From: Candidatus Bathyarchaeia archaeon
GTDB taxonomy: Archaea; Thermoproteota; Bathyarchaeia; Bathyarchaeales; Bathycorpusculaceae
DNA length: 64,000 nt
NCBI GenBank assembly: GCA_049521795.1
Contig: JBEKOM010000005.1
Coordinates: 32,001-96,000 of the forward strand
Reading direction: 5' to 3'
Part shown: positions 49,713 to 59,317 of the stretch, piece after piece
Layout of the letters: each line of letters begins with the position of its first letter
Numbering within the stretch: position 1 is the stretch's first letter
Notes under the pieces: generated by a model
What the model was told of the DNA's origin: nothing
Database searches by the model: none
The model's input: the letters and a program-made list of their open reading frames with translations, nothing else
Made by a program: the position numbers and the translations under genes

Positions 49713-50657
49713 CTACTTTGCGGAAACATTGCCGTATTTTTCCGCAAACTTCAACGCGCCCTGCACACTGTGGTCAAAAACCACTCCGCCTAGAACCGGA
49801 TGTGCTTTAACATACTTCACGGCTTTGCGCAAAGATTCGTCGCTCTCAAGAATCTTGTCGCGAACTGCTTCAAAGCCTTGCTTGTTCCGAAGTCCTTGTT
49901 CTGCGATGGACACCCAGAGCTTCAGTTGGTTCGCGTACGCTCGCAGCTTCTCAACCGCGCTAGTTGCCTTGCCAAAATGACTGTAGTACAGAGCTTTTGG
50001 ATTGAGACCTATCAGTTTTTCTAAAGAAGCGAGTGAGGCGTCCAAGCGGAAAGGCGGAGGTATGGTGGGAACGACAACGTTGATGTCTTTTAGGTAAATG
50101 CCCGCAGCGTCTCCTGGGAAGATTCCGCCGCTGAATGTTTCGTAATAGCTCTGGTGGTGAGAAGCGTGGCCGAGGGTTTCCACAACTCTGAGTCTAACGT
50201 TGTTTCCAACGTCAACGGTCATGCCGTCTGGTGCTGCGATGATTCGCTCGGCCGGAACAGGCTCAGGCGCACCGTACAGTTCTGTTATTTCCTTTCCGAG
50301 AACTTCACTTGACTGTTGCCAGAGTTTTTCGGGGTTCACGAGGTGAGCTGCGGCTGCAGGATGTACTATCACCTTTGCTTTCGGCAAGTTCTTCACGAGG
50401 GTTCCGACGCCTCCGCCATGGTCCAAGTGGATATGCGTGACGGCAACATAGGCAACATCTTTCAGTCTGACGTTAAGTTTCTCTAACCCAGAAAGCAGTT
50501 TGGGCACCGAGGACGTAGGACCGGTTTCAACAATCGCCACCTGCTTCCCTTTCAGAACATAGCTGGCGATGAAATTCTCAAGTCCGCCTGGCGAAACGTC
50601 GACCAGAAATATGTGTTCCTCAAGTCTTGTAACGTTCATTCGAACATGAACCGCCAA
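49713..50657 (-). CDS. MBL-fold metallo-hydrolase
   Basis: THIHLDHGGG, GHASHH, GDAAG, SHFG. Confidence 0.92.
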   Translation of the reverse strand: MAVHVRMNVTRLEEHIFLVDVSPGGLENFIASYVLKGKQVAIVETGPTSSVPKLLSGLEKLNVRLKDVAYVAVTHIHLDHGGGVGTLVKNLPKAKVIVHPAAAAHLVNPEKLWQQSSEVLGKEITELYGAPEPVPAERIIAAPDGMTVDVGNNVRLRVVETLGHASHHQSYYETFSGGIFPGDAAGIYLKDINVVVPTIPPPFRLDASLASLEKLIGLNPKALYYSHFGKATSAVEKLRAYANQLKLWVSIAEQGLRNKQGFEAVRDKILESDESLRKAVKYVKAHPVLGGVVFDHSVQGALKFAEKYGNVSAK

Positions 50658-50740
50658 GTGCTGGTGAAGTCTTAGCTGCCGCTAACGGTTTAAACATTTT
50701 CCCAGAGGCAGAAAACCTGCAGATTCGAATCTGACCTTTG

Positions 50741-50968
50741 CTATCTGCGCAGCTGCTTCTTCTTCTCTCCCGGATCGGGCTCAGGCTCACCTGCGCCAAG
50801 AAGCACTCTGAGCGACCTAACTTCTTCTCTCAGCATGCTGACCTCACTCTCTAGGGCTCTAGCCTTAGAGTCGGCCATCTTCTTAAGCTCTTCAATCTCC
50901 AGCAGAAGATTCTTGCGCTCATTTTCCAAAGTCCTGAGATGCTCTACCATGCTCTTAAGATTGCTCAT
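50741..50968 (-). CDS. Small coiled-coil hypothetical protein
   Basis: Heptad pattern LRTLENERKNLLLEIEELKK...LESEVSMLREEV. Confidence 0.75.
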   Translation of the reverse strand: MSNLKSMVEHLRTLENERKNLLLEIEELKKMADSKARALESEVSMLREEVRSLRVLLGAGEPEPDPGEKKKQLRR

Positions 50969-51055
50969 GAACTTGACTCCTTGTTCTCCCCGCTCGATAC
51001 AAACTGACATGACAAATTTAAAGATTCTTGCAGAAGCCACGTTGGTGGAAGCGTT

Positions 51056-51505
51056 CTATATGTCAAGTATGAACCTCAGCGTGACCCCCATGGGGTGCTT
51101 GATGATTTCCATACGGTGATAAGTCACAGCCTTAACACCCACCTTCTGTAGGTGTTTGCTTGCGTCGAATTCTTCTCCCCATATTCTCGCATTAAGCACG
51201 AACCGATCCTGAATTTGACCTAGATGCCAGACTTCGAATTTTGAGTAGAGCATCCCGCTTACGTCAAACTTCACAAGCAAAGCTTCAAGCCAGTTGTAGA
51301 GCAAAGCGAACTCGTCTTGACCTGTCACTTCTACACTGTCTTCAACGTTGGGACTTACCTTTTCAACTTCTGTCATGACGTCAAACATGGCAGCCGCAGC
51401 GTTTTCAAAAGCTTCAGGCAGGTCCTTTCCGTAAGCGGCTATGTAGGCATCTGCCGTGTGTTCTAGAAATTCGAAGCCTTTCTTCTTACCCATTTCTTCA
51501 TCCAC
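51056..51505 (-). CDS. Archease
   Basis: FEFLEHTAD...AYG....EAFENAA, VKAVTYH, LDI C-terminus. Confidence 0.95.
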   Translation of the reverse strand: MDEEMGKKKGFEFLEHTADAYIAAYGKDLPEAFENAAAAMFDVMTEVEKVSPNVEDSVEVTGQDEFALLYNWLEALLVKFDVSGMLYSKFEVWHLGQIQDRFVLNARIWGEEFDASKHLQKVGVKAVTYHRMEIIKHPMGVTLRFILDI

Positions 51506-51680
51506 GAAAATATTGAATGAGTTAATCTAAAAACAGTTTTGCTCACAGCTGAACGTGATCTATCCCCGGACCTACTGGGAACAGCTTAAACACTGGTCAG
51601 AACCTTTTCTTCGTTCCTCCTTCACGCACTACTGCTCTTGCCAAATTTTTCTTCAAACACTTCATAGAGAGGCTCAGTGG

Positions 51681-52151
51681 CTAGCAAGAGCTTTGAGTAA
51701 GCTTCAGAAGAATTTCGACAGCATTCTTAACGAAAACCGTGCACTTTTCCTCGAAGACATTTGCCTTAGCCGCTTTGTCCCGCTGCTCGGGAACCGACAG
51801 ATCAAATCCGATGAGTTCTTTACACAAGACGCTTCCGTTCTGGGCCTCAAATTGTTTGTAGAATTTCTGAACGGTCTCGTACGCCTTCAATCGCTCCTTC
51901 ATCAAAGGCTCATTTGTTCCGCATTTTATGCTTATGGCCATCACGCCGCCCGTTAAAGCTCCGCAGACAGATCCGCATCTTCCTATTCCTCCTCCGAAAC
52001 CCGTGGCAATCTTGGGAACTAACTCATTCCTCACATGCCAGTGCTCCAACATCGTCAGGAGGACACTCTGAGCACAGTTGTAGCCTCGTTTGAAATGTTC
52101 TGCGGCTCTTTCACCGAGCCCGCTGCTATGATCCAAAGGTTCGATGCTCAC
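51681..52151 (-). CDS. C-GCAxxG-C-C family putative redox protein
   Basis: GYNCAQSV, GFGGGIG.CGSVCGALTGG, GSVLCKEL, C. Confidence 0.9.
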   Translation of the reverse strand: MSIEPLDHSSGLGERAAEHFKRGYNCAQSVLLTMLEHWHVRNELVPKIATGFGGGIGRCGSVCGALTGGVMAISIKCGTNEPLMKERLKAYETVQKFYKQFEAQNGSVLCKELIGFDLSVPEQRDKAAKANVFEEKCTVFVKNAVEILLKLTQSSC

Positions 52152-52156
52152 CCTGG

Positions 52157-53200
52157 CTAGAAGTATTTCGGAACCTTCTTGACAGCGGCGACACAGAGCT
52201 TAACAACGTTCTCTGAGTCAGTTAGGCTGAGCAGCGATGTTGGGCTGTGAATGTAGCGCGTTGGAACGGATATGGCACCACTTGGAACTCCTTCCTTCGC
52301 CAAAGATATGCGGCTTGCGTCTGTCCCGCCTGGCAATCCTGCCTCGAGCTGGTATGGAATTTTGCTTTCTTCCGCCGCGTCGACCAGCAGTCTCAACACT
52401 TTGGTATGAGTTATAAGCCCATAGTCTGCAACACAGAGCGACGGCCCCTTGCCAAGCTTCATGGGTGCGTCAGCTTCTTTAACACCGGGCATGTCTCCGG
52501 CTATTGTCACGTCAAGCGCGATACCGACATCAGGGTATATTCCGTAAGCGGACGCTGTTGCTCCTCTGCAGCCGACTTCTTCTTGCACCGTTCCGACAGC
52601 ATACACCGTGCATTCTGTTTTTTCAAGACGCTTCATCACTTCAACCAAGACGGCGCAACCTATCCGGTCATCGAAGGCCTTGCCGATCACGATGTCTTTT
52701 CCAATCTGCGCGAATTTTACGTCAAACTCAACGGGGTCTCCGACTCTTACCCCCATTTTCCAAGCTTCTTCTTGGCTTCTTGCCCCGATGTCAATGAACA
52801 GTTCATCGCTGGGAATGATTCTCTTACGTTCGTCTTCTTTCTGAATGTGCGGCGGCTTAGACCCTATTATGCCATGCAGAGGCCCCTTCTCAGCGTGGAC
52901 CACGACCTTTTGAGCAAGCAGAACGCGGTCGTCTATCCCGCCTATCTTCATGAACTGCAGAAAGCCCTCTTTCGAAATCGTCTTAACAAGGAGACCTATT
53001 TCGTCCATGTGGCCGGCAAGCATCACTCTCGGACCGTTCTTCTTTCCTTCCTTTACCGCTATCACATTCCCAAGCTTATCCTCTTTGATTTCGTCAACGT
53101 AGGGTTTCAAGAACTTCTGAATCAAACTTCTAACTTCTTCCTCTCTGCCCGAGACTCCACAAGCGTTCGACAACTTCTCCAACGTTTCAGAAAGCGTCAT
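52157..53200 (-). CDS. M42 family (TET) aminopeptidase
   Basis: GVSGREEE, GHMDEIG, KAFDDRIG, VQEEVG, GGTDA, RYIHSP. Confidence 0.95.
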   Translation of the reverse strand: MTLSETLEKLSNACGVSGREEEVRSLIQKFLKPYVDEIKEDKLGNVIAVKEGKKNGPRVMLAGHMDEIGLLVKTISKEGFLQFMKIGGIDDRVLLAQKVVVHAEKGPLHGIIGSKPPHIQKEDERKRIIPSDELFIDIGARSQEEAWKMGVRVGDPVEFDVKFAQIGKDIVIGKAFDDRIGCAVLVEVMKRLEKTECTVYAVGTVQEEVGCRGATASAYGIYPDVGIALDVTIAGDMPGVKEADAPMKLGKGPSLCVADYGLITHTKVLRLLVDAAEESKIPYQLEAGLPGGTDASRISLAKEGVPSGAISVPTRYIHSPTSLLSLTDSENVVKLCVAAVKKVPKYF

Positions 53201-53481
53201 TGCAAATCCTCTTCAAGAGCAATCAATCTCTTGTGTTTCATATTAAACAATTGCGGTGACTCTTGCCTTCGAAAAGAAAAAAGTCAAACAGAAGCAGCTC
53301 AAGAAGATTGCATGACGAAAATTCCTCCATCGATTCTGACATCTAGAATTGTCGTTTAACGCCGCCCCTCGACTGAAAAGATGACCAGTGCATTTTCTTT
53401 GTGCTATAAGGTCCACAAACGTAGAAGAGAAAGGCAATTCTTAAACCTCACTTGATTTAACAACTACGTCAAGGTGTTGCT

Positions 53482-54444
53482 TTGCCGGAGTCGCAGTTCA
53501 AGAAGGTGTTCATCTTTTTTGACACTGATAAACATGCAAGCCCCTTTGACATACTGACAACCGTGGATATTTTCCCTGAAGCTGAAATTCTGAAGTACGA
53601 AAGCGTTACCGTTGAGGACGCTGAAAGAATAGTCTATGACACGATTTTTCCACGAGGGCCTGAAGGCGCAAAGCACACGAAAATCTTCATAAATGGACGC
53701 GATTTCAGAATAGCAAACGAGATCCTGGCGAAGATTGAGAAGTGCATGTTTCCTCCGTTTGAAGTCGCAGTCATAATCGACCCTAGAGGCGCGTACACCA
53801 CAGCAACCGCAGCGGTCGCAAAAACATTGGAACTCTCTCTCGCAAAAGGTCTCGGAGACTTTGACAAAAAAAAGATCACGGTGCTGGCTGGAACAGGACC
53901 AGTCGGGCAGACAGCCGCAAGACTCTACGCGACTGAAAGAGCCGAGGTGATCGTGACTTCTCGCGCCCTCCAGAAGGCCTGTTCTGTGGCGACCAAGATA
54001 AACGAGGAACTTGAAGCTGAGAGAGTCCGAGGGGTAGAAGCGCAGACCCCAGAAGACGTGGGAAAAGCCATTGAAAACGCTGACATGGTTCTCTCAGCAG
54101 GAGCTGCAGGAACAGAACTTCTTCCTCTAGAAGTGCTCAAAAAACGTGGAAAGAAATGCAGCATCGTCGCGGACATCAACGCCATTCCACCCCTGGGGGT
54201 AGAAGGACTCAATCCTAACGCTGATGGAAAGGAGATTTTGCCAAACGTTTTCGGAATCGGCGCGCTGGCAATTGGAAAACTCAAGAACAAGGTTGAAGCG
54301 GCACTCATCAGAAAGGCGGCCGAAGAACCGAAAGGAATCTTCGATTACAGAACAGCCTACGAAATAGCCAAGAGCACTGTAGCCGCCAAGAAAGAAGAAA
54401 AGAAGCGACTAGAACCGGAAACGCCGAAACACTGGCTTCCTTGA
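53482..54444 (+). CDS. mtd: NAD(P)-dependent methylene-tetrahydromethanopterin dehydrogenase (MtdA/MtdB family)
   Basis: DTDKHASPFD, IFPRGP, PPFEV...DP.GAYTTA.AAV, GTGPVG, DINAIPPLGVEG, GIGALAIG.LK. Confidence 0.88.
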   Translation: MPESQFKKVFIFFDTDKHASPFDILTTVDIFPEAEILKYESVTVEDAERIVYDTIFPRGPEGAKHTKIFINGRDFRIANEILAKIEKCMFPPFEVAVIIDPRGAYTTATAAVAKTLELSLAKGLGDFDKKKITVLAGTGPVGQTAARLYATERAEVIVTSRALQKACSVATKINEELEAERVRGVEAQTPEDVGKAIENADMVLSAGAAGTELLPLEVLKKRGKKCSIVADINAIPPLGVEGLNPNADGKEILPNVFGIGALAIGKLKNKVEAALIRKAAEEPKGIFDYRTAYEIAKSTVAAKKEEKKRLEPETPKHWLP

Positions 54445-54464
54445 CGCATGTCATTCGCACGCGT

Positions 54465-55823
54465 TCAACGGCTACCCTTTCCAACCGCTCTGTACGTAAG
54501 CCCAGCTTGCTTTGCTACCTCCAGCGTGAAGGCATTCCTACCATCGACTAAGACTGGCGTTGCCATTTTCTCCCTTAGCTTCTTGAGGTCCAGCTTCATG
54601 TACTCATTATGCTTGGTTGAAAGTACAACTGCGTCGGCGCCCTCTAAGGCTTTGTTGAGGTCATTCGTGAAAGGAAGGTCAAAGTCTCGCACAATTGGGT
54701 CGTGGAGAAGAGGTTTAGCCCCGCGCTTCTCCAATTCCCGGTACAGTGTGGCTGACGGTGTGTTCCTAGTGTCATCAGAATTCTCTAGGAACGCCACGCC
54801 TAAGATGGCGATCCTTGCGCCCTTCAGTTTCTTTCCATGTTCGGCCAGTGCATCCTCGATCAAGTCGGCCACGTGCAGCGGCATGTTGTCGTTTGTCTCT
54901 CGGCTGTCAACCAGGATCTTCGGAAAGAATTTGAATTTGCCATAGGTGTCAAGGCCATACTTTAGGAGCCACGGGTCTTTCGGAAGGCAGTGGCCTCCCG
55001 TGCCTGCGCCAGGGAAGTGCATGTTTCTAACCGGGTTAGAGGCCGGGTTCTTCGGGTCGTTGGGCAGGGTGTTTACGAGCTCACGCACTTTGAAGACGTC
55101 TACTCCGAGGCTTTCGCATATCAACGCTATCTCATTCGCAAAGGCGATGTTCACGTCCCTGTAGGTGTTCTCGACGACCTTAGCCACCTCAGCGGTGAGA
55201 ATGTCCGTGGGGCACAGCTTCGCCTTCACGATATGCGCATAAAGTTCCATCGCGCGCTTTGTGCTCTCCTGGTCGAGTCCGCCCACTATCCGCGGAAGCT
55301 CCACGATGTTCTTGATCAAGCGGCCAACCATAACCCGTTCGTAGCAGAACGCCAAGCTGAAATCCTTCCCAGCCCTCATGCCTGAGGCCTTTTCAAGTAT
55401 TGGCTTTACAACGTTCTCAGTTGTGCCCGGCGCGACTGTCGATTCGACTACGATCAACGTGCTCGGCTTGATAAACTCACCAACTTCGGCACTGACTTCT
55501 TTGAGAGATTCATAATTCGGAACTCTGCTGGCATCCGTCGGGGTCTGCACGTCTATCAAAACCGCCTCAGCGTCCCTGCACGTCGAGAGGTCCTCCACGA
55601 CTTTGAACGTACCTTTCCTGACGACCCGCGCGATCAACGCTGACAGACCTGGCTCCTCGCCGCCGATCGGATTTTTTCCCTCGTTCAACCAGTCAATCTT
55701 CCAGCCTGATCGCTTTGACCTGCGCTGCACGCCTACAACTGTGAAGCCTGGAACATCCGCGAACAACGCTGCCACAGGTATTCCAACGTAGCCCATGCCT
55801 ACGACTACGACTTTTCTTTCCAT
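54465..55823 (-). CDS. Nucleotide-sugar dehydrogenase (UDP-ManNAc/UDP-GlcNAc 6-dehydrogenase family)
   Basis: GMGYVG, ESTVAPGTT, KVVENTYRDVNIAFANE, GGHCLPKDP, DDTRNTP. Confidence 0.92.
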   Translation of the reverse strand: MERKVVVVGMGYVGIPVAALFADVPGFTVVGVQRRSKRSGWKIDWLNEGKNPIGGEEPGLSALIARVVRKGTFKVVEDLSTCRDAEAVLIDVQTPTDASRVPNYESLKEVSAEVGEFIKPSTLIVVESTVAPGTTENVVKPILEKASGMRAGKDFSLAFCYERVMVGRLIKNIVELPRIVGGLDQESTKRAMELYAHIVKAKLCPTDILTAEVAKVVENTYRDVNIAFANEIALICESLGVDVFKVRELVNTLPNDPKNPASNPVRNMHFPGAGTGGHCLPKDPWLLKYGLDTYGKFKFFPKILVDSRETNDNMPLHVADLIEDALAEHGKKLKGARIAILGVAFLENSDDTRNTPSATLYRELEKRGAKPLLHDPIVRDFDLPFTNDLNKALEGADAVVLSTKHNEYMKLDLKKLREKMATPVLVDGRNAFTLEVAKQAGLTYRAVGKGSR

Positions 55824-55906
55824 GGGACTAGCCAAACCCTCGGCAAGTATATCTTGCTTTCGCCAGAGCCCAAACGCTTTCCGACGCAAAAGTTTAAGCG
55901 TGTACA

Positions 55907-56200
55907 CTATTTGTTAAATCGTTCAAGAGCGTGTTCAAGAGCATCAACCCACACCAAAAGCCCGGGTTTATTCTCGACGGCAACGATCTTACCCTTACGG
56001 TCAACAATCATTTCAACAACGTTCTTCAAGATGACCATCGGCTTCTCAGTAACCCTTCCATCCTCCTTGCGGGTAGCGTTAATGAATTCTGCGCTATCAG
56101 CCTTGACAAAAGTGTTCCTGTCTAAGAAGAAACCGTTTATATAGCAATTCTTGAGCTTCTCCCTCAAACGGCGCAACTCGCTCATGCGCAATGCCTTCAT
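55907..56200 (-). CDS. Hypothetical protein
   Basis: 97-aa ORF with plausible composition. Confidence 0.6.
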   Translation of the reverse strand: MKALRMSELRRLREKLKNCYINGFFLDRNTFVKADSAEFINATRKEDGRVTEKPMVILKNVVEMIVDRKGKIVAVENKPGLLVWVDALEHALERFNK

Positions 56201-56359
56201 CTGGGTTGATAGTAGAAGAGACTTTTAAGGCTTGATAATTGAACTGAGCAAAAGCTCAGGGTCCAAACGCCCCGTTTTTTGGTCTTTGTCTAACCAATTG
56301 ATAAATCTCAAGACCGCCTGGAAGAAATGAACTGAAGAACCAACAAGAGGCTTTTCCCT

Positions 56360-56680
56360 ATGAGCATAGAAAGGCAGATCCTTTCATACCTGACGAAGTA
56401 TGGAAACACAAGAGAAACTGACCTGATAAATTATGGTGTGCAGAATTTTGCCCGATCTCCTGAAGAAATGAAGAAGATAATAGACCGAATGGCTGTAAAG
56501 GGCAAGATTCACCGCATCGTGCACTGCAAGCTCAAGCCACCCGAAGTGTACATAGCCCTAGAAGAGTCTCCTCCCATTTACACGATGATAGAGGACCAAA
56601 TCGCCAACGATGAAGCTAGGAGGATTCTTGAAGAAGCAGCTTCAGTGGCGAAGCATACAAGTGAAGATGGGCGTTCATAG
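56360..56680 (+). CDS. Hypothetical winged-helix-like protein
   Basis: IERQILSYLTKYG...E.DLI...KIIDRM...GKI pattern. Confidence 0.6.
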   Translation: MSIERQILSYLTKYGNTRETDLINYGVQNFARSPEEMKKIIDRMAVKGKIHRIVHCKLKPPEVYIALEESPPIYTMIEDQIANDEARRILEEAASVAKHTSEDGRS

Positions 56681-56843
56681 AGTTTGACGCCTGCATTATG
56701 GCGTTGCTGATTCTGCTTCAGAACCAGTCAGTTTCGAAAAAATAGTGATCGCCAACAGGGAACCACGTGAGTCTCGACACTTATGCCTAGATGTTCACTT
56801 TGATAGCGACACACCTATAGCGCCTCTTTTTCGAGCTGGTCTT

Positions 56844-57041
56844 TCAAGTAGGGTGCCGACGTAGGACCAGAAGAAATGTTGCCGCTCCGGAAATGCATGC
56901 GCACCATGCAAGCCAATAGTTCGAACCGATGTGATCAAAAGCATCTATAGTGGTTTCGTTGACACCTAGAATTATGGTTGCAAGGCCTATTGCCAACAGG
57001 AAGATGTGCAATGTTTGACGGAGTCTATGATCAAACTTCAA
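56844..57041 (-). CDS. Small two-TM hypothetical protein
   Basis: Two hydrophobic helices. Confidence 0.45.
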   Translation of the reverse strand: MKFDHRLRQTLHIFLLAIGLATIILGVNETTIDAFDHIGSNYWLAWCACISGAATFLLVLRRHPT

Positions 57042-57292
57042 TGCCTACACTCTCCTTGATAATAGTGCGCCTGTGCCAGTTATAAAACACTGCTGTTGAA
57101 TGCGTGTTACAAGGCTTGACTCGCATAAACTTTGTCTCAAAGAGATTTCCGAAGACCATCTCTTTCAAAGCCCAGCGCGCTAGATAACAAAAAGCGGTTT
57201 TTGATGGACTTTGTAACAAGAAACCGTAACAAATGTGTAACAAATCGGATTTTCCTAGTAGCGTGCGCTGACAAGAGCAAACACATGACCGC

Positions 57293-58024
57293 GTGTCAAC
57301 GAAGCGCTCGCGAAAGTCAGAGCTCAAATCCTTAAAAGGCCCTTGCCTACGTAACTATTGTCTGCTTCAGCTATTGGTGGTTGAAAGCGTGTCTCGGGCG
57401 AAGAACACACGTGAGTTTGATTTTCTCAGAACTCTGGCTTTGAATCTTGGAGCCACAGAGGCAAAAATAATCCCTGCAGGTGCGGTGGTTGTTGAAAACA
57501 GGGTTGTTCTCAAATGCAGATTTGGATGCGACGACTATGGAAAGAAGCTGACCTGCCCACCATTCACTGTAAAGGTTGACGAATTTCGAAAAATGTTGAA
57601 AGACTACAAATACGCTTTGATCGTCAAGTTCAAGTCTCCAGCGGAGGCTGACAAGAATGTTTCGAGAAGCCTGCTGAGAAGTCAATATGACTCTACCATG
57701 AGTAGAGACTTGCGGGAAAAAGCATCAAAATTCTGGTCTAACTGGAAGAACGACAAGAAGAGGATCCTAATGTCCGTTCTTGAACTTGAGAAGGCTGCTT
57801 TCAACAAAGGATACACGTTTGCAGTTGGATTCACTTCAGGTTCGTGTGGCTTATGCGAAAAATGCAATGTGGAAGCTGGCATCTGCCTCCACCCGACGAT
57901 GGCCCGTTGTCCAGAACACGCCGTCGGGGTGAACATGAAAAAGACAGCTGAAAACGCAGGCATGCCCATAACCTTTCCAATCAAGGGAAAACCCGAACCC
58001 ACAGCGCTGCTGTTGATAGACTGA
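57293..58024 (+). CDS. DUF2284 predicted metal-binding protein (true start probably downstream)
   Basis: RVVLKCRFGC..YGK.LTCPP, LEKAAF..GY..A.G...GSC.LC..C, C.HP..AR...A.G. Confidence 0.88.
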   Translation: MSTKRSRKSELKSLKGPCLRNYCLLQLLVVESVSRAKNTREFDFLRTLALNLGATEAKIIPAGAVVVENRVVLKCRFGCDDYGKKLTCPPFTVKVDEFRKMLKDYKYALIVKFKSPAEADKNVSRSLLRSQYDSTMSRDLREKASKFWSNWKNDKKRILMSVLELEKAAFNKGYTFAVGFTSGSCGLCEKCNVEAGICLHPTMARCPEHAVGVNMKKTAENAGMPITFPIKGKPEPTALLLID

Positions 58025-58217
58025 GCATTCGTTTTCACCCGTCTGACGATGAGTTATTCAACGCGCGAACACAGTTGTAACAAATCGAAATGCCCGTGCC
58101 AACAGGAACTCGATTCACACAGCGCTTAGCCCACTTCTTGAAAGACCTAGTCCTCCGTAGCTGGAGGCCTTTTAAAGAGACAAGTACATACCGCAACCGC
58201 TAAAAGTCTCAAGGAAG

Positions 58218-59246
58218 ATGAAGAAGTACTCAAAGCTGGGTTTGAGCATGTCACAGAACGCAATGGAGTCCAGGTCTACCGCAAGCGAAAATGAGCTAGA
58301 AGTCGTGGAACGCGGAGAAGGCTGGTTTAAGGTTAAGCATCGCCGGACAGGAAACATTTGCACTATAATGGACACATTCGCCGAAATGTTTCCGATGTGG
58401 GTTGGAAGAGTCTTGATAACAGGCGACACTGAGAAGTGGGCTTTGGCGGCTGCCACCAGCGCAACTGGCCTGGCGACGAGTGTCATCATGTCTCCAGCAG
58501 AGGCAGGGATAGAGGGAACGGTTCCTTCAGACAAGACTCCCGACAATCGGGCAGCCGTATTGATGCAGGTGTACCACAATAACAGGTTTCAGCTGAAAGC
58601 GCAATTGCTACTGCGGGTAGGTCAGTGCGTGATGACGTGCCCAACGGTCTCGGCTTTCGACGCATTGCCAGACGCTAAGAGGAGGCTGAAGGTAGGCCGA
58701 AGCTTAAGGTTGTTCGGCGATGGATTCCAAAGAAAAGGCATGGTCGGCGAAAGAAAGGTCTGGAGAATTCCAGTGATGGAGGGGGACTTCATCGTTGAAG
58801 ACAAGTTTGGAGTTGCACAGGCAACAGCGGGCGGCAACTTTCTAATAATGTCAAGAGACAAGTCCTCAGGACTTAAGGCTGCGGAAGAAGCAGTGAAAGC
58901 CATTAAGGCAAGGCCAAACGAGGTGATCTTGCCTTTCCCTGGCGGAATCTGCCGCTCAGGTTCCAAAGCCGGCTCGCTCAAGTACAAGCTTAAGGCATCG
59001 ACAAACCATCCCTTCTGCCCAAAGTTGAGGACACTTATCGCTGATTCGCAGGTGCCTGAAGACGTGAACTGCGTGTACGAGATCGTCATTAACGGTTTAA
59101 CGTTGGAAGCTGTTAAGAAAGCCATGGGAGACGGCGTTAAAGCCGCTGCAAGCGTGCCGGGCGTTGTGAAGATCTCAGCGGGCAACTACGGAGGCAAGCT
59201 TGGCCCGTACAAGGCGTTCTTGAAAGAAGTTCTAGAAGTGGCCTGA
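58218..59246 (+). CDS. ftr: Formylmethanofuran--tetrahydromethanopterin N-formyltransferase
   Basis: DTFAEMF, TSVIMSPAEAGIE, TPDNR, RVGQCVMTCPT, FGDGFQ, GGNF, ASTNHPFCP, EIVING, SAGNYGGKLG. Confidence 0.95.
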   Translation: MKKYSKLGLSMSQNAMESRSTASENELEVVERGEGWFKVKHRRTGNICTIMDTFAEMFPMWVGRVLITGDTEKWALAAATSATGLATSVIMSPAEAGIEGTVPSDKTPDNRAAVLMQVYHNNRFQLKAQLLLRVGQCVMTCPTVSAFDALPDAKRRLKVGRSLRLFGDGFQRKGMVGERKVWRIPVMEGDFIVEDKFGVAQATAGGNFLIMSRDKSSGLKAAEEAVKAIKARPNEVILPFPGGICRSGSKAGSLKYKLKASTNHPFCPKLRTLIADSQVPEDVNCVYEIVINGLTLEAVKKAMGDGVKAAASVPGVVKISAGNYGGKLGPYKAFLKEVLEVA

Positions 59247-59317
59247 ACACTGCTCCCAAAATCTTATCTGATGCATCGTAATGTAGGTTTAAGACAAAAA
59301 ACGATTTGTGAGAACAG

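Noticed and set aside
52247-53359. 370-aa plus-strand ORF
   Set aside because: Antisense shadow of the M42 aminopeptidase, with no motifs. The same applies to the other long antisense ORFs over alaS, leuS, EF-2, hppA and aRF1.
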